DNA of 64,000 nt from Botryllus schlosseri (lineage: Eukaryota). Location: NCBI GenBank assembly GCA_051294905.1, contig CM119373.1, positions 31,310,001 to 31,374,000 of the forward strand, in the 5' to 3' direction. The notes under the pieces were generated by a model. It was given only the letters and a program-made list of their open reading frames with translations, was not told where the DNA came from and searched no databases. Shown here in pieces: positions 51,200-63,569 of this stretch (position 1 is the first letter of the stretch; every line of letters begins with the position of its first letter). The translations under genes were made by a program, and so were the position numbers.

Positions 51200-52620
51200 T
51201 TCAATGATACCATGAATAAACAGATTGACGGAGTCGCGTTGGGATCACCCCTTAGTCCTATACTTGCTAATATTTCGCTGGTTGTCACGAAAAAATTTAT
51301 TTCAGAACATTGGCAAACCATCGATGTACCATCGGAACGATAATGACACCTTCGTGGTCTTTAACGGAGAAACGCAATGCGATATATTTTCGAGGCAATT
51401 GAATCATCTTCATGCATCGCTCAAATTTACGATGGATAAAGAACATGACAAGTCGCTTGCATTCCTTGATGTCATGGTGAAAAAAGTTAGATAATACGTT
51501 TGTAACGTCAGTCTACCGGAAAGTAGGGATGGTGTGAACCTCTGAAAGGTTCAGGTTCGTGTGAACGCGAACCTTTTTGAAAGGTTCTATGTGAACACGA
51601 ACGTGAACCTCGTGACGTCACGTGACGTCATATTGCTAATTCCAACCCTTTCTTTCAATGAAGTGATAGCCTATGCCCTATATTAATGTACACGATACCT
51701 AGCGAAGATTCGGCCCACATAATGCCACAATGATGAAGTACATATCGGCGTTTTAAACGTCGCTAAATGTATCAATTGCAGTAATCAAAGGATATAATAA
51801 TTGCATAAATCAGTACCTTCCGTCGCTTTGCCAACAATTTCGACGAGGACTTCCCAAGGAATACAAGCTTACGCCTTAACGGTCCTAGCCAGACCGGATA
51901 ATGTGTTCGGAGTCTGAGTATTGATTCATTGATATTGAGCAGAGTGTACAACTGGTTTCTATACTCGCTACCGATACCACAAACAACAAGTTATGCAGCA
52001 GTAGGAAGCACCTTAATCGCACGAATTTGGTTTTAATGATACAGTAAAGATATGAAGTCAAGATTGACCCAGTACGACCGTTCGATTTTTTACGTCAGAA
52101 GACGATATCAATGTCATTGATTGGTTGAATAAGCATCATTCGCTGACTACGTATATCGATTGCGGGTCAAGCTCAGAGCAGAGAGTCACTAAATATTCAC
52201 AAACGGAAAGCTGGATGTTCCGAGAAAATTTTTGCAGCAAAGCAAGTAAAACTTTTAAGGTTGTCGAGGTGAATGGTGCATGCTCATTTAGTGTTGATTT
52301 TCTATGCTGCCAGCACCATGCATGGAGTGGCCCGCAGTTGAAATGCAATAAATTTGAGCCAAAGATCTTAAAATGGAGTGAAAAATACAATTTACCAAAA
52401 GGTTCACAGTGCAGAACCTACCAAAGTTCTGTTGTGAACGCGAACCTCTAAATTTCCGAGGTTCACACACAGAACGCGAACGTGAACCTCACGTTCACAC
52501 CATCCCTACCGGAAAGCCCCTTTCACTGGCAAACATATCGCATAGAATTATTTTTGTTCTACCATCGAATGCGACAGAGAATGCCAAATCCTATAACGAT
52601 AACATATTTCCAATTCCTGT
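51200..52620 (+). mobile_element. Penelope-like reverse transcriptase relic, split by a family A insertion
   Basis: KQIDGVALGSPLSPILANI, NDNDTFVVF, LNHLHASLKFTMDKE..KSLAFLDVMV, then (V)YRKAPFTG across the insertion. Confidence 0.8.
51524..52508 (-). mobile_element. Family A element
   Basis: Intact TIRs; perfect TSD CCGGAAAG. Confidence 0.92.
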
Positions 52621-53822
52621 CCGTTGACGTTCTCTATTGCATTTGAAGCAGCGGTTCCCAAACTACGAGTCGCGACCGCAATGGGGTCGTTTGTATATTC
52701 TCTGGGGTCGCGGAGACGAAAAATATGTACCTATGACTATTGCAAGTACGCCAATCAAGCGGATCCTATCGGCGGCTCATTTCTGAATATCTTAGTTCAT
52801 TTCTCAAAATAAAAGACGACACAAACTCTGAGGAATGCGAACATGGTAAGCAAGGTATCTGATCAGTCGAAGAGTCATTAGAACCTACTATCAGAGCGGT
52901 TCCCAAACTAGAGGTCGCGACCCCAATGGGGTCATTTGCCTATTCTCTGAATTCTAACAACCAACTTTGTGACCTGTTATGTCCCGTGTCCACTGTCCAT
53001 GTGTATGATTTGTGTGAGCTTCGTGTATAGACGTAGCCTATTTAAACAGATAAATTATTACCATTGTATTTATTAAAATACACATCGAACAGCGTATATA
53101 GTTTCCGACCTATAGCATTGCGGGTCGAGCGAGCTCTAAAATGAATCGCGTCGAAGTGATTGAAATTTTCGAGTGCGGATTTTCATTTCGTTTACAATCT
53201 AATCGCAAGTGAGCTTTTGCTTCATCTCGGTAAAACCACTACCGCAACTTCCAAAAGTAACTGTTATAGATATCGACAACTGTGGCCTCGCAGTGTGAAA
53301 TGTATTTATACATCGGTCTAATATAAATTTCGAAGGAATATAATACGATTACTGACACGGGTGAGGTCACGAAGAAGCTACAGACAGTAGTCTTCAAAAT
53401 GCATGCAACGATACGTAACCGTAAATGCAGACAATCTACAGGCGCTGGACGGATATATGCATTTCCAATTTGCAGTATTCAACGTACAGCTAATCTATAG
53501 TCAAAATCTTAAATTCTATGACAGTTAAAAACTGTATCATTGCTAGACGATGAAGAGTTTCGTACAACTGTTAAATAAAATGAATTGTAAACGCGATAAA
53601 TTGATGCTCGACAGGATATGTTTTGGGGCGTTTGCACAGAGCAAATTAGGGTGAAACGCGTGGCTATGGCTATGTAGTCCCAGACAGGTAGGTAGGTTTG
53701 TTTCAAATAACAGAGTTATATTCTCTGTCACTCAATCTGGGTACATTCACAGGCACTGTTACAAAGTTGAAATGCATCAATTTTCCACGTAAATCTTTAA
53801 CCGGGTATAGGTGTTTCTTATC

Positions 53823-54416
53823 CTACTCATGGCACATCACCGTTGCTAGTGGGGTCAATGCTCGCTTGATTCGCTGAATAGCTCTTTTAGAAGCCTTGCA
53901 CATTTCATCCCAGGTAACGCATGATTGTACAATTGCTGCGATCATACCCACGAATCCCAACACGATGATAATCGCGTGCAGCACAGCTAACGTCATCTGC
54001 ATCCGGTACGTCCATACAGTCGCGGCCAACACGGATAATATCGTTGAAGCAAAAGATATTGGAATTGTGAAAAGAGAAATCGCAATACTAACGACGGCCA
54101 TTCCAGATTCGGGCTTCTTCACAGACAGGAATGCAGTGATTCCACATAAGATAAGAACGGCTCCACTCCATATGCCTTGATAACTGTGAGTCACCATATA
54201 TTCCCGTTTGCATGGGAATTGAATATCACATCGAAAAACAGTTGTTGATGTCGTACCTTGAAGCGCAGTTAATACTATTGCGACTATGGACGTTAGCATT
54301 GATAGACTACCGACAGTAACCTCCACCTTGGCCAGGAGATAGCGAAACTCCTCCTTTTTTTGCCTTGCTTCTTTGATGTCGGTAGGATCTCGCTGTATAA
54401 CGATAGGGCAGGACAT
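53823..54416 (-). CDS. MS4A/CD20-like copy 7 (divergent, 197 aa)
   Basis: ATG start; four hydrophobic helices; SYQGIWSG; LH..I at TM4; short basic tail. Confidence 0.85.
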   Translation of the reverse strand: MSCPIVIQRDPTDIKEARQKKEEFRYLLAKVEVTVGSLSMLTSIVAIVLTALQGTTSTTVFRCDIQFPCKREYMVTHSYQGIWSGAVLILCGITAFLSVKKPESGMAVVSIAISLFTIPISFASTILSVLAATVWTYRMQMTLAVLHAIIIVLGFVGMIAAIVQSCVTWDEMCKASKRAIQRIKRALTPLATVMCHE

Positions 54417-55590
54417 TTCGATATTCTATATTTTAAATATATATATCTGAATAAAAGATCGTAGTTTCATCTTAATTGAGCGACCGCATACTTTCGTATT
54501 GAGTGCTACATCTCATCTTCGTTTCAGACCTGACTGTCGCCCCCTTACACGCTGAGTTTGGAGTGCAATATGCGAGAATGAATATTACTCGGAAGATCTG
54601 TAAATGTTTGACAAGATTTCAACGAAATTTTAAGCTTACGATGGACTATACAATCTTCCTTCACGGAAAGGTGCCAATGTAATTTCACTAGTCAATATAT
54701 ACTTCTTCCACTTTCAACCTCCTCTCCATGCTGTACATAGGATGTAAAATACATTAGGACCAAGCAAACAAACAGTCTTTTCGACAAAAGCGTTCTGTGA
54801 ATTATGACTTTTACGATCGTATGTTCGCTGTACGAGGGCTTGTCGGCAATTTTTGGAATGTACAAACCTTCTGGCGTTTAGTGGAGTAGTACAATCTTAG
54901 CAAAATGATTGTGGATTCACACCCTGATGGCCGAAATAGGGTGGTACACGAAAACAGAAATCAACTCAGAATTAAACGCACATATATACCGTACATGCAT
55001 AATTTGGATTAAACTAGTAAACTCGATTTATACCGTGGTATAAGTCTGACGCCGGTTCGGGTTTCGCATGTCATAGGTGTATTTTCACACCCGTATATAA
55101 GGGGTGATACACGGGTGGAAATCACATTATTTTTGCTGCGCTGATAGTGTGGTACATCTCAGAAGTCCAAATGATTTTATAAGTAAACTGGTTTGAGACG
55201 CAATGTTTCGTCATCCGAATAGAACTATATTTAGTCGAATTCCTCACATGACTATGATACGTTAGTGTGCGTTAGTTGGTATTATGATATCTGCTGAAGT
55301 GGGTTTTTCGAGGTCGAAACAATCAATTGATATGATGAAATTGCTTTAACACCAAAAAGGCGGTACTGCGCTACATTTAATATTGTATATTCTTTCTGGT
55401 AGTCCTGCGATTAGTTTAGTGGTGTTGATCGCGGGATCAGAAAAATCGCACAAAATCCTGGGATTTGGATTCTTTAGTCCAGTCAAGGTTGCCATCGACA
55501 TGGACCCAAAAATAAAGACAGTCGAGAAATGAGATTCGCATGAAAAAAGCGTTTTTGTACATACTTTGTATTTGTACGAGCCGTGGCAAA

Positions 55591-57200
55591 TCACATTCCA
55601 TACTTTTTGCCAGAAACAATTTGCTTCAGATACTTGTTATTAGAAAGTGCTTCATAGATCTCACGACAGCCAAGGTCTAGGTCTACCCTTCCTTGTAGCT
55701 GCGATTTGACTGTCATTTCACTAAGTCTGTTCCTTTTCTTGGTCCACTGCGCCGAAGCAAGAGAGAACACTCTTTCCGCACACGCATTGCTGACCGGAAG
55801 GTAGAAAACGATGTCAACTAGCTTGTAGAGCAGTGGAAAAGAGTCGTTTCCGGTAAATATCTTCATCCACCTTGTCTCCGGTTAATCCTTGCGGACCACA
55901 TCATCTGGAATCCTGAGAAGAGCGTCAACAGCCGAGGCCTAATCGAACAGCTCGCATTTAATTGTCATAGAGCAGTGGTTCCCAACCTTTTTGTCTTCAT
56001 TCCCCACTTCAGATTTATTCCGAGCCATCATTCCCCACCAGGACCGTAACAGCGCTTCGTCATCCCCGCAAAAAACGTTGATCTTGGGCCCCCACAGGGT
56101 GATACACCTAACTTTCGGGGCCGAAGCCCCCCATAACCCCGTGAGCCCCGCTGACCCTGTACGCTTTTTTCTCGCTAGTTATCAGCTACATTGGGCATAT
56201 ACTGTTCAGTGCGTTGCCTTAGTTGGACTAAACGCGCGAAGCGCTAAAAATTTATATAGTTCGTGTTTGAATCGGTAAATATGACCGGGAATTGCACATA
56301 TTTTGTTATCAATTTTTTTATCCTCTCTCTGCTCACGTAATCAGATTTACCGGTTGAGCAGCTGAGTGAGGTGTGTTGGAGAAGGTAGGACCTCTAAATA
56401 AGAATTAAACATTTTTAGGCAGACCCGTTGGTATATTGACTTCATTATATTATGCTGTTTCGTGACCTCCTATATCTGCTATGTCAAAAGATATGGACAT
56501 CGCCCAAACTAAAAGGCACACACGATTTTAAATTGGTATTGCTTTACTGGCAAATAATTTTTCCCTGCGGGATGAGATTTGCCCTGTTGGGTTCAGATCG
56601 CCAGGACAGGAACATTCGGCGCCAGCCATTTAGCCGCTTATGGACAATTAAACATACATGTATATTGTATATATATCGAAGTTTTCGATCACCACAAGGC
56701 CATTCTCGGCCTCACGACAGCTGCGTCATGTCTAGGCCATTCTCTTGAATAGATGAGAGAATAAAGTTCGTGATCTGTGCCGAGGTCTGGCATGGCATCG
56801 ATTGCATGTCAGGAAGACTCACTCGCACTCCAAATTTGGCGCTGAAGAATCTGATGACTAGAGGAAATAGCTTCAGCTCGTGATTAGAGGCGTCAATCGA
56901 GATGGAAAAAGGCTGTCCACCAAGTTCCGACAAAATCATTTTTGAGCGTATGGAGCAATGAGCAGCTGCCTTGTAGTCTGTGGTTGTTGGTGCTGATCGA
57001 CTTGTGAAAATATGTTCATCGACTGGCTCGAATAAACATTATGACACGCTTTTGTGTTTTTGGGTCCAATCTGAGTTGCGAATGCGGTCTTTCCAATGGC
57101 CTCCAGGTTAATGTCCCTATTGCAGATATTGCAATGTGAGAAACACTTGCCCTTCAAGCTTCTTTCTCATAATCGTCTCGAAAAACGTTTTTACGCTTGC
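55591..57200 (-). mobile_element. hAT transposase pseudogene (zinc finger, catalytic and dimerisation fragments), internally deleted
   Basis: HCNICNRDINLEAIGKTA (BED-like); FSISIDASNHELKLFPLVIRFF; LPVSNACAERVFS...WTKKRNRL. Confidence 0.85.
55973..56700. mobile_element. Charlie-like element inserted in the transposase relic
   Basis: Starts CAGTGGTTCCCAACC; interior colinear with about 22215-23290; right end not found. Confidence 0.7.
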
Positions 57201-58882
57201 TCATTTTATCTAATCAGATTTAGCCTTATTAGAGCTAACACTATATGTGCAATATAATTTAGATATATTTATCAATGATTCATGGCTTGACTACTTTTCA
57301 TCCCAAGTGTCGAATGCACCGCGTCCTTTTTCACTACACAATAAATGCTGCCTTCCCCACAGCCAATTCTGATGTAGACTAAACGGCAGAAACCTGGTAA
57401 TGCTGTTTACTGCTAAAATGACGTCCGCTGCGGTAGCTTGGTATAGCCGAAACTGCTACATACTACTGCTGTTTACTGCTAAAATTACGTCCGCTGCGAT
57501 AGCTTGGTGCAGTCGAAACTGCTTTACTCGCTTCTCTAGCTATTTAACCACTTAGAAGTCAAATCATGTGGTGTGTACGCCATAGAATTTCCTTTCATAT
57601 ACGACAGGGGTGGTCAACCTGCGGCTTGTCGTCGACACGTAATTCAATTAGTATTTGATGGCGGCCGTCGACATGCAAATTTAAATTGACTCCTGAATTT
57701 TCGAGTTTAATTAATCTTCAAATTTTCTTGGCGCTATGCGCGATTTAACGCAACTTCATTTTTCGAAATAGTACCGTCCTTTGCAATCTGAGCCCCATAG
57801 TACAGATGCGGAAAACATAAAATGATGGACCCATATAGAATACCTACTTAGAATCGCGTGTGCTGTTCACGAATGAAATTTGTCTCTGGTATACGTTTGG
57901 GTGATTCCACTCCTTTCCACTATACCGACGGTCCTGATGGTAGATCAAGAAATAACAGCATGCAAGATGCATCAACATTTATAACTTGCCCTAAATTTTT
58001 GAAAACACTCCCTACATGAACTCTACCGGTGAATTTTAACACATGAGCTGAGAAAGAATAAATATTCGATTGTAATATGTGAAACTACTGATATTATTGA
58101 CGAAATTAATTCGTGAATCTGAAAAAAATTTCTCACCTAGCGCGATCATAACGAATGCCTGTAACTATTCATAACATGAATACTCGCGATTTCGGTGCGT
58201 ATAGCTAGCCTATGAAGATGCAGATTAGTCCGGAGTTCAGCAGAAAGGACATGGACAGTCCAATTAGTTCATTGCGGCTATCCCTCTGGAATTCGGCCGA
58301 AGGATACATTAGTTATCGAAATGCGGCCGTGAATAACAAAAAATTTTGGTCGCCCCTGATTTATGATGTCATAAAATCTCGACGTTAAGCATAAGAGTAG
58401 AATATTATGCAACACAGATGCTAGAGGAAAGCGATCGAAGTTCTGTAGTTGTTGAAAATAAGACAAATTAAGGACACTAGTCGAAAACAGGGACATTTCT
58501 TAGAAATAAAGACAGTTGAGCTTTCTGGTCTTTCAAATAGGGACAAATATCAAAATATTAGGACGGTATGGCAATCCTGGCTATAATTATACCCTCGGAT
58601 CGTGTTTGAGGCGTGCTACAATTTTACATATTTATCGGAATTTTTAATGAAAATTTATTAAATCTCAACTCCCTATGACATGCTGCATGACAGTGGCAGC
58701 ATGGAAGTACGCGAATGTTATATGGACCAAAAATGATATTGATTCGCGAGAATTTAGCCGGATCATTCTTGTTATAACTGATAAATTGGACAGCTTCCGC
58801 TACTACCACGTAACGAGCTAGAGCTACATCACGTGGCTATATGTTCTCGCACAGTATGGTTGTGGTTGTTTGTGGTATTCAA

Positions 58883-59831
58883 TAGGGATGGTGTGAACCT
58901 CTGAAAGGTTCAGGTTCGTGTGAACGTGAACTATTTGAAAGGTTCTGTGTGAACGCGAACGTGAACCTCGTGACGTCACGTGACGTCATATTGCTAATTT
59001 AACCCCTATATTTCAATGAAGTGATAGACTATATTAATGTACACGATATACCTAGCGATGACTCGTGCCACATAATGCCAGAATGCTGAAGTAGGCCCTA
59101 CATATTGACGTTTTAAACGTCGCTAAATGTATCAACTGAGGCAATCAAATAATATAATAATCCCATAAAATCATTATCTTCCGTCTCTTTGCCAACAATT
59201 TCGATACGGACTTGCCAGCGAATCTAAGCTTATGCCTGAACGATCTAGGCCAGACCGGACAATGTCTTCGGCGTCTGAGTATTTTTATACGTGGATATTG
59301 AGCAGAGTGCTGAGCGGGTTTCGATACTTGCTACCGACATTTCTCCATTAACAAGTTATGCAGCGGTAACCAACACCCTAATTGCACGGATTTGCTGATT
59401 GTGATACAGTAAACATATGAAGTCATGATTGACCCGTACGCCCGCTAGATTTCTACACCAGAAAACGATATCACTCTCACTGATTGGTTGAATAAGCACC
59501 ATTCGCTGACTACATGCAGTGTATTCACATACGGAAAGCTTGATATTTCGAGCAAACTTTTGTAACAAGGCAAGTAAAATTTTTTGAGATTGTCAAGGTG
59601 CATGCTCGTTTAGTGTTGATTGTTTATGCTGCCAGCGCCATGCATAGAGTGGTTTGCAGTTGAATTGCAATAAATGTGAACCAAAGATTTCAGAATGAAG
59701 TAAAGATTTTAATATATGAAAAAGGTTCACAGGGCAGAACCTACCAAGGTTTTGTTGTGAACGCGAACCTCAAAATTTCCGAGGTTCACACACAGAACGC
59801 GAACGTCAACCTCACGTTCACACCATCCCTA
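58883..59831 (-). mobile_element. Family A element
   Basis: Intact TIRs; perfect TSD GTATTCAA. Confidence 0.92.
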
Positions 59832-60242
59832 GTATTCAAGGTGTTTGTCGACTACAATGGTCATTTACACCAGGCCTATATTCGTTATTTTTTTATTCCG
59901 TAACTGCCGACTTGTAGCACGACCCAACTTTACGCTTTTAGTAATCCCCCGCTTACGCGGTATACGTGGTATACTCGGTTACGCAGTATGGTACCGTTGA
60001 GTCTGGCCGATGCAATCGCAAATGATGCCTGGACAACGAGGTTCCTCCCAGCAACCCTCCAATACCGGATGCGAATTAGGGGTCCTTGCGGGAAAAAAGT
60101 TGATCCCTGGTTTATTCGAATTTCACCAGGGTGCAATATATATTATCATGATTAGACGGACGTTCAGTCCAGTCAGTTCTCTTAGTGCTCTTGGCATACA
60201 GTCGTGAGATATTGTTCAAGAGCAACATGCCCTCTACAATAT

Positions 60243-61086
60243 TCACGGTTCGCTTTCACATTGTAGACAACACGTCACAGTGTTTCTTGATTGCACCGGG
60301 AGTTCACTTTGAACGGTGTCAAAAAGTAGGAGTATTCGCCGAAAAACAAATCTCGAAACGTGTGATTTGCATTCTGCTAAAGGCAGCTCACAAATGTATT
60401 TGTACATAACATTTGGTTGTGTTTGAAGAATCCAACACATAATGTAATCCATGAACTCACCAGATGTTTTGTTTAAAAGTAATAAAACGGTAGTCCAGAT
60501 AATGGAAACGGAAAAGGAATTGTATACGTTGCAGTTGTTTCGAACAAATAATGGAACGGGTTGGTATCCATTCAACACAAATACCATAACCATATATTGT
60601 TTGTTACTCCTACGGGATATCTCGTGACTTGTGCATTAACGGGCTTGCAATTTCGTCAATTCGAGCTGAGGTCGCGCCGGCAGCTGTACTTGTAATCGAG
60701 TTAGTTGGAAATCGGTGGCATTTGTTAGTGTTATGACTCAGGTTAAGATTGGCACTGGAATATTGACAACCTCAACAGCTTATGGTGGTGCGTTCAACGG
60801 GATCTGCAGAGCGGATAGGTCAACATCATGTACGATCACATACCGTCCCACCGGTGGCTGGTATGGTATATTGAGATTATCCAAGCCTCTAGTAGTCGAA
60901 TATAACGGCGATGACGCGTAAAATATAATAAATAAACCCCAAATTTTCACAAAACAAAGATCTATTAAAATACACAATCAACGAGATTAGGTGTGCACAA
61001 AGTGAACTGTGCATCAACAGAGTGTAAAAAATGAAAACATCATAATGAATATTATTGAAAATCACTGTCACTTCTGCTGTTCCCAT
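60243..61086 (-). pseudogene. Best-preserved GPCR-like relic (TM3 to C-tail)
   Basis: Successive fragments HSSLCAHLISL (TM3), KIWGLFIIFYASSPLY (TM4 W..P), VVNIPVPILT (TM5), KQYMVMVFVLNGYQPVPLF (TM6), VYNSFSVSII (TM7); frameshifts and stops. Confidence 0.5.
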
Positions 61087-62569
61087 TTAGGTACCAGTTC
61101 ACGAATGCGAGACTACACCGAGGAAAGTGTCATCGTATTGTAGCTATAACTCAACCCTTCACGAAAACATATAGGGATGTCTCTTCTTGGTTTATCGTTG
61201 ATTTCTTGATATTAGGAATGAGTGAATGACCGTTGTACACTAATATATGCAGCATATAATGCACTAACGCGACTTATCAAGCTGCAGCCGATATCTTCAG
61301 TCGACGCATTCGATCCAAATGTTCGCCTCTAGGAAAATTCTAATGATCGCAACGAATTTTCTGTAACCTGAGGCTTCAAAGGAGTAAATATACAAATGTT
61401 TTCATGGAGTTAGCACTACCTTCCAACCACAGTTTTAAAAATATTATTTGGGAAATGAATATGTTCACCAAATCAAGCCCATGTCACGTTTATGTATACA
61501 ATGCTACAATGATAGAGTCAACTGTCCTCGTAACCTCAGCTCAAATGCAGTGCCATTTGAAATATTGATCTACTTACATAGTGCATCCTAAAACACAGCT
61601 TCAGACGCAACCCTCACATCACACCAGTCCAATGACAAAAGGTGGCAAAGTGTGCTTGTGTCACAAGAGCCCCATATTTAGTGAATAGAACAACCCTATT
61701 GGTATTTTATAGTCCGAGTAATCTATATCAGAATATATCCGGAAGTACCAACAAATGGCCCACGGCAAAAGACATATCCGGTGCTATGGAAACTAGCGTA
61801 CAATTTGTTTTGTAAAGATGGAGCGCCCAGGTGTTTATTGTTTCCTGTAACAGGAATATGGTTTGATGTCGTTGCAGCTGCCAAGATATTTTATTGACCT
61901 CAATTAGATAATTCTTATATACCCGCTCGAAGTATATCAGTGGTCGATGTAGAGCTTCCGTAGCAAATTTGGAGATATACTGAGGGATCCTGCTTGTAAT
62001 TCCTATACCTGGTCCTTAGACATATGAGCATGCGACACAATAGCATGAGACGCTCTGGCATGCCACAATTGTACATGAGACACTTCACCATGTGGGTAAA
62101 ATTTTGGATTGTGGCCGGTTATGGTTTAGTTTAGTGGTTCTCAACTGACGGCCCGTGATAAGTTTCCTGCCGGTCCACCATATGTCTTTGAATTTTTATA
62201 TCCCAATCCCGAAATGAAATATGTTAGACTCTTATCCATCAACAAAAGATATGTTACATCAAATGTAATTAGAAGTATGTAACGAGCCTTTTGATATGTT
62301 ATCCCAATAGAGCAGGCAGGGGCTCCCAAAATGTTTATGGTCGCGACCCAAAATTTCGCTTTGATAATGTTGTCCGACCCATTCTCTCAATTTGGTGCTG
62401 ACAGGTGTTTAAAAGTACACTACAATTCGTTGGACAAATTTTATGGGAAAATTGAGAGACCCTGAAACAGACATTGTTACATTCCGCCACAAGGCAGTGT
62501 AATAGAGGTTATAGCAAATAACAACGTCGCATTTCTTTCAAATGATACCGAACAGTCGCAATTAGGTTC

Positions 62570-63166
62570 GTGACATTTAACAGGACTTCGCTAGCTGTTG
62601 GTTGCAGAAACTTCAATAGAACCTCAAATAGATATCGAACACGAATTTTGAGTTTTTATTGGCACGCTGTTGATGGATTAGCCATAGGCAGTGAAATGAG
62701 TGACAAAGTTGATAAATATATCTTGTTATCAAATGAGATCCGTGCGGAACAAGAACTATATCCCCGTCAGTTACAGGAACGTTGGATTAAACGACAATCA
62801 ATGTATACGCGTAATGTTATCAACCCCGAGTTGTGCTTGCTTATCAATGATGTCTGGAATTTTTCCATTGCTTTAACAAAAAGAACTGTAATCCTGAAAA
62901 CTCAAATCCGTTTTTTGGCCTCCATTCATGTGGCACAGGCCAATTTTCAGTATGGAGACGAGCCATGGCGTGGTCTACAACCAAATCACGGGTTTAAACT
63001 AGAAACTGCACGCAAAATGGTCAATGAAAATACTCACAGACGCAATTTCGTAAATATACTTAATCATTATTGGCTATTTCTACCACTTGGTAAGACTATC
63101 TCACTACTACAATGGCGCAGACATATCCTAAAATCACGCTCTACTTTAAAAATACAATTCGAATGA
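62570..63166 (+). other. Unassigned ORF (156 aa from the ATG at 62696)
   Basis: Longest open frame outside the MS4A-like genes; no recognisable motif; follows a hAT-like end near 62315. Confidence 0.2.
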
Positions 63167-63569
63167 AGTAAAGTATTTTTTCAAAAAAATAAGGTAAAAT
63201 TATTAGCAGTAGGGGCAGCAGGTCACTACCTTTAAGTTTCACGAGTGCAAATTTTGACTCATGTCCAGCCATTTGAAGTCATTGCAAAAGATTTGATGTC
63301 ATGTCATTAAACAAAGTGACTTCAGTGAAATCAAGTCGTCACGAATTTTACGATTTCGAGTCAATTTCAAGTCACTACATATATTAACTCGTTTGCGTTA
63401 AAGCGCGGATACAAATGCATATGACGGGCTAGAGAACGGCTCATCAACTCTCGGCTATATAGCTGGCCACATGTGGCATAAGTTCGAAATCCAACCCCTG
63501 ACACTGAGCAGGGCCATGAAAGTCCTTGTACTCGATTCGAATTTTTACTGACATCCGCCAGCTTTAGTT

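Noticed and set aside
55484-58579. Possible full-length boundaries for the 55.6-57.2 kb hAT transposase (CAAGGTTGCCAT ... ATGGCAATCCTG)
   Set aside because: Flanks AGTCCAGT and GCTATAAT do not form a TSD
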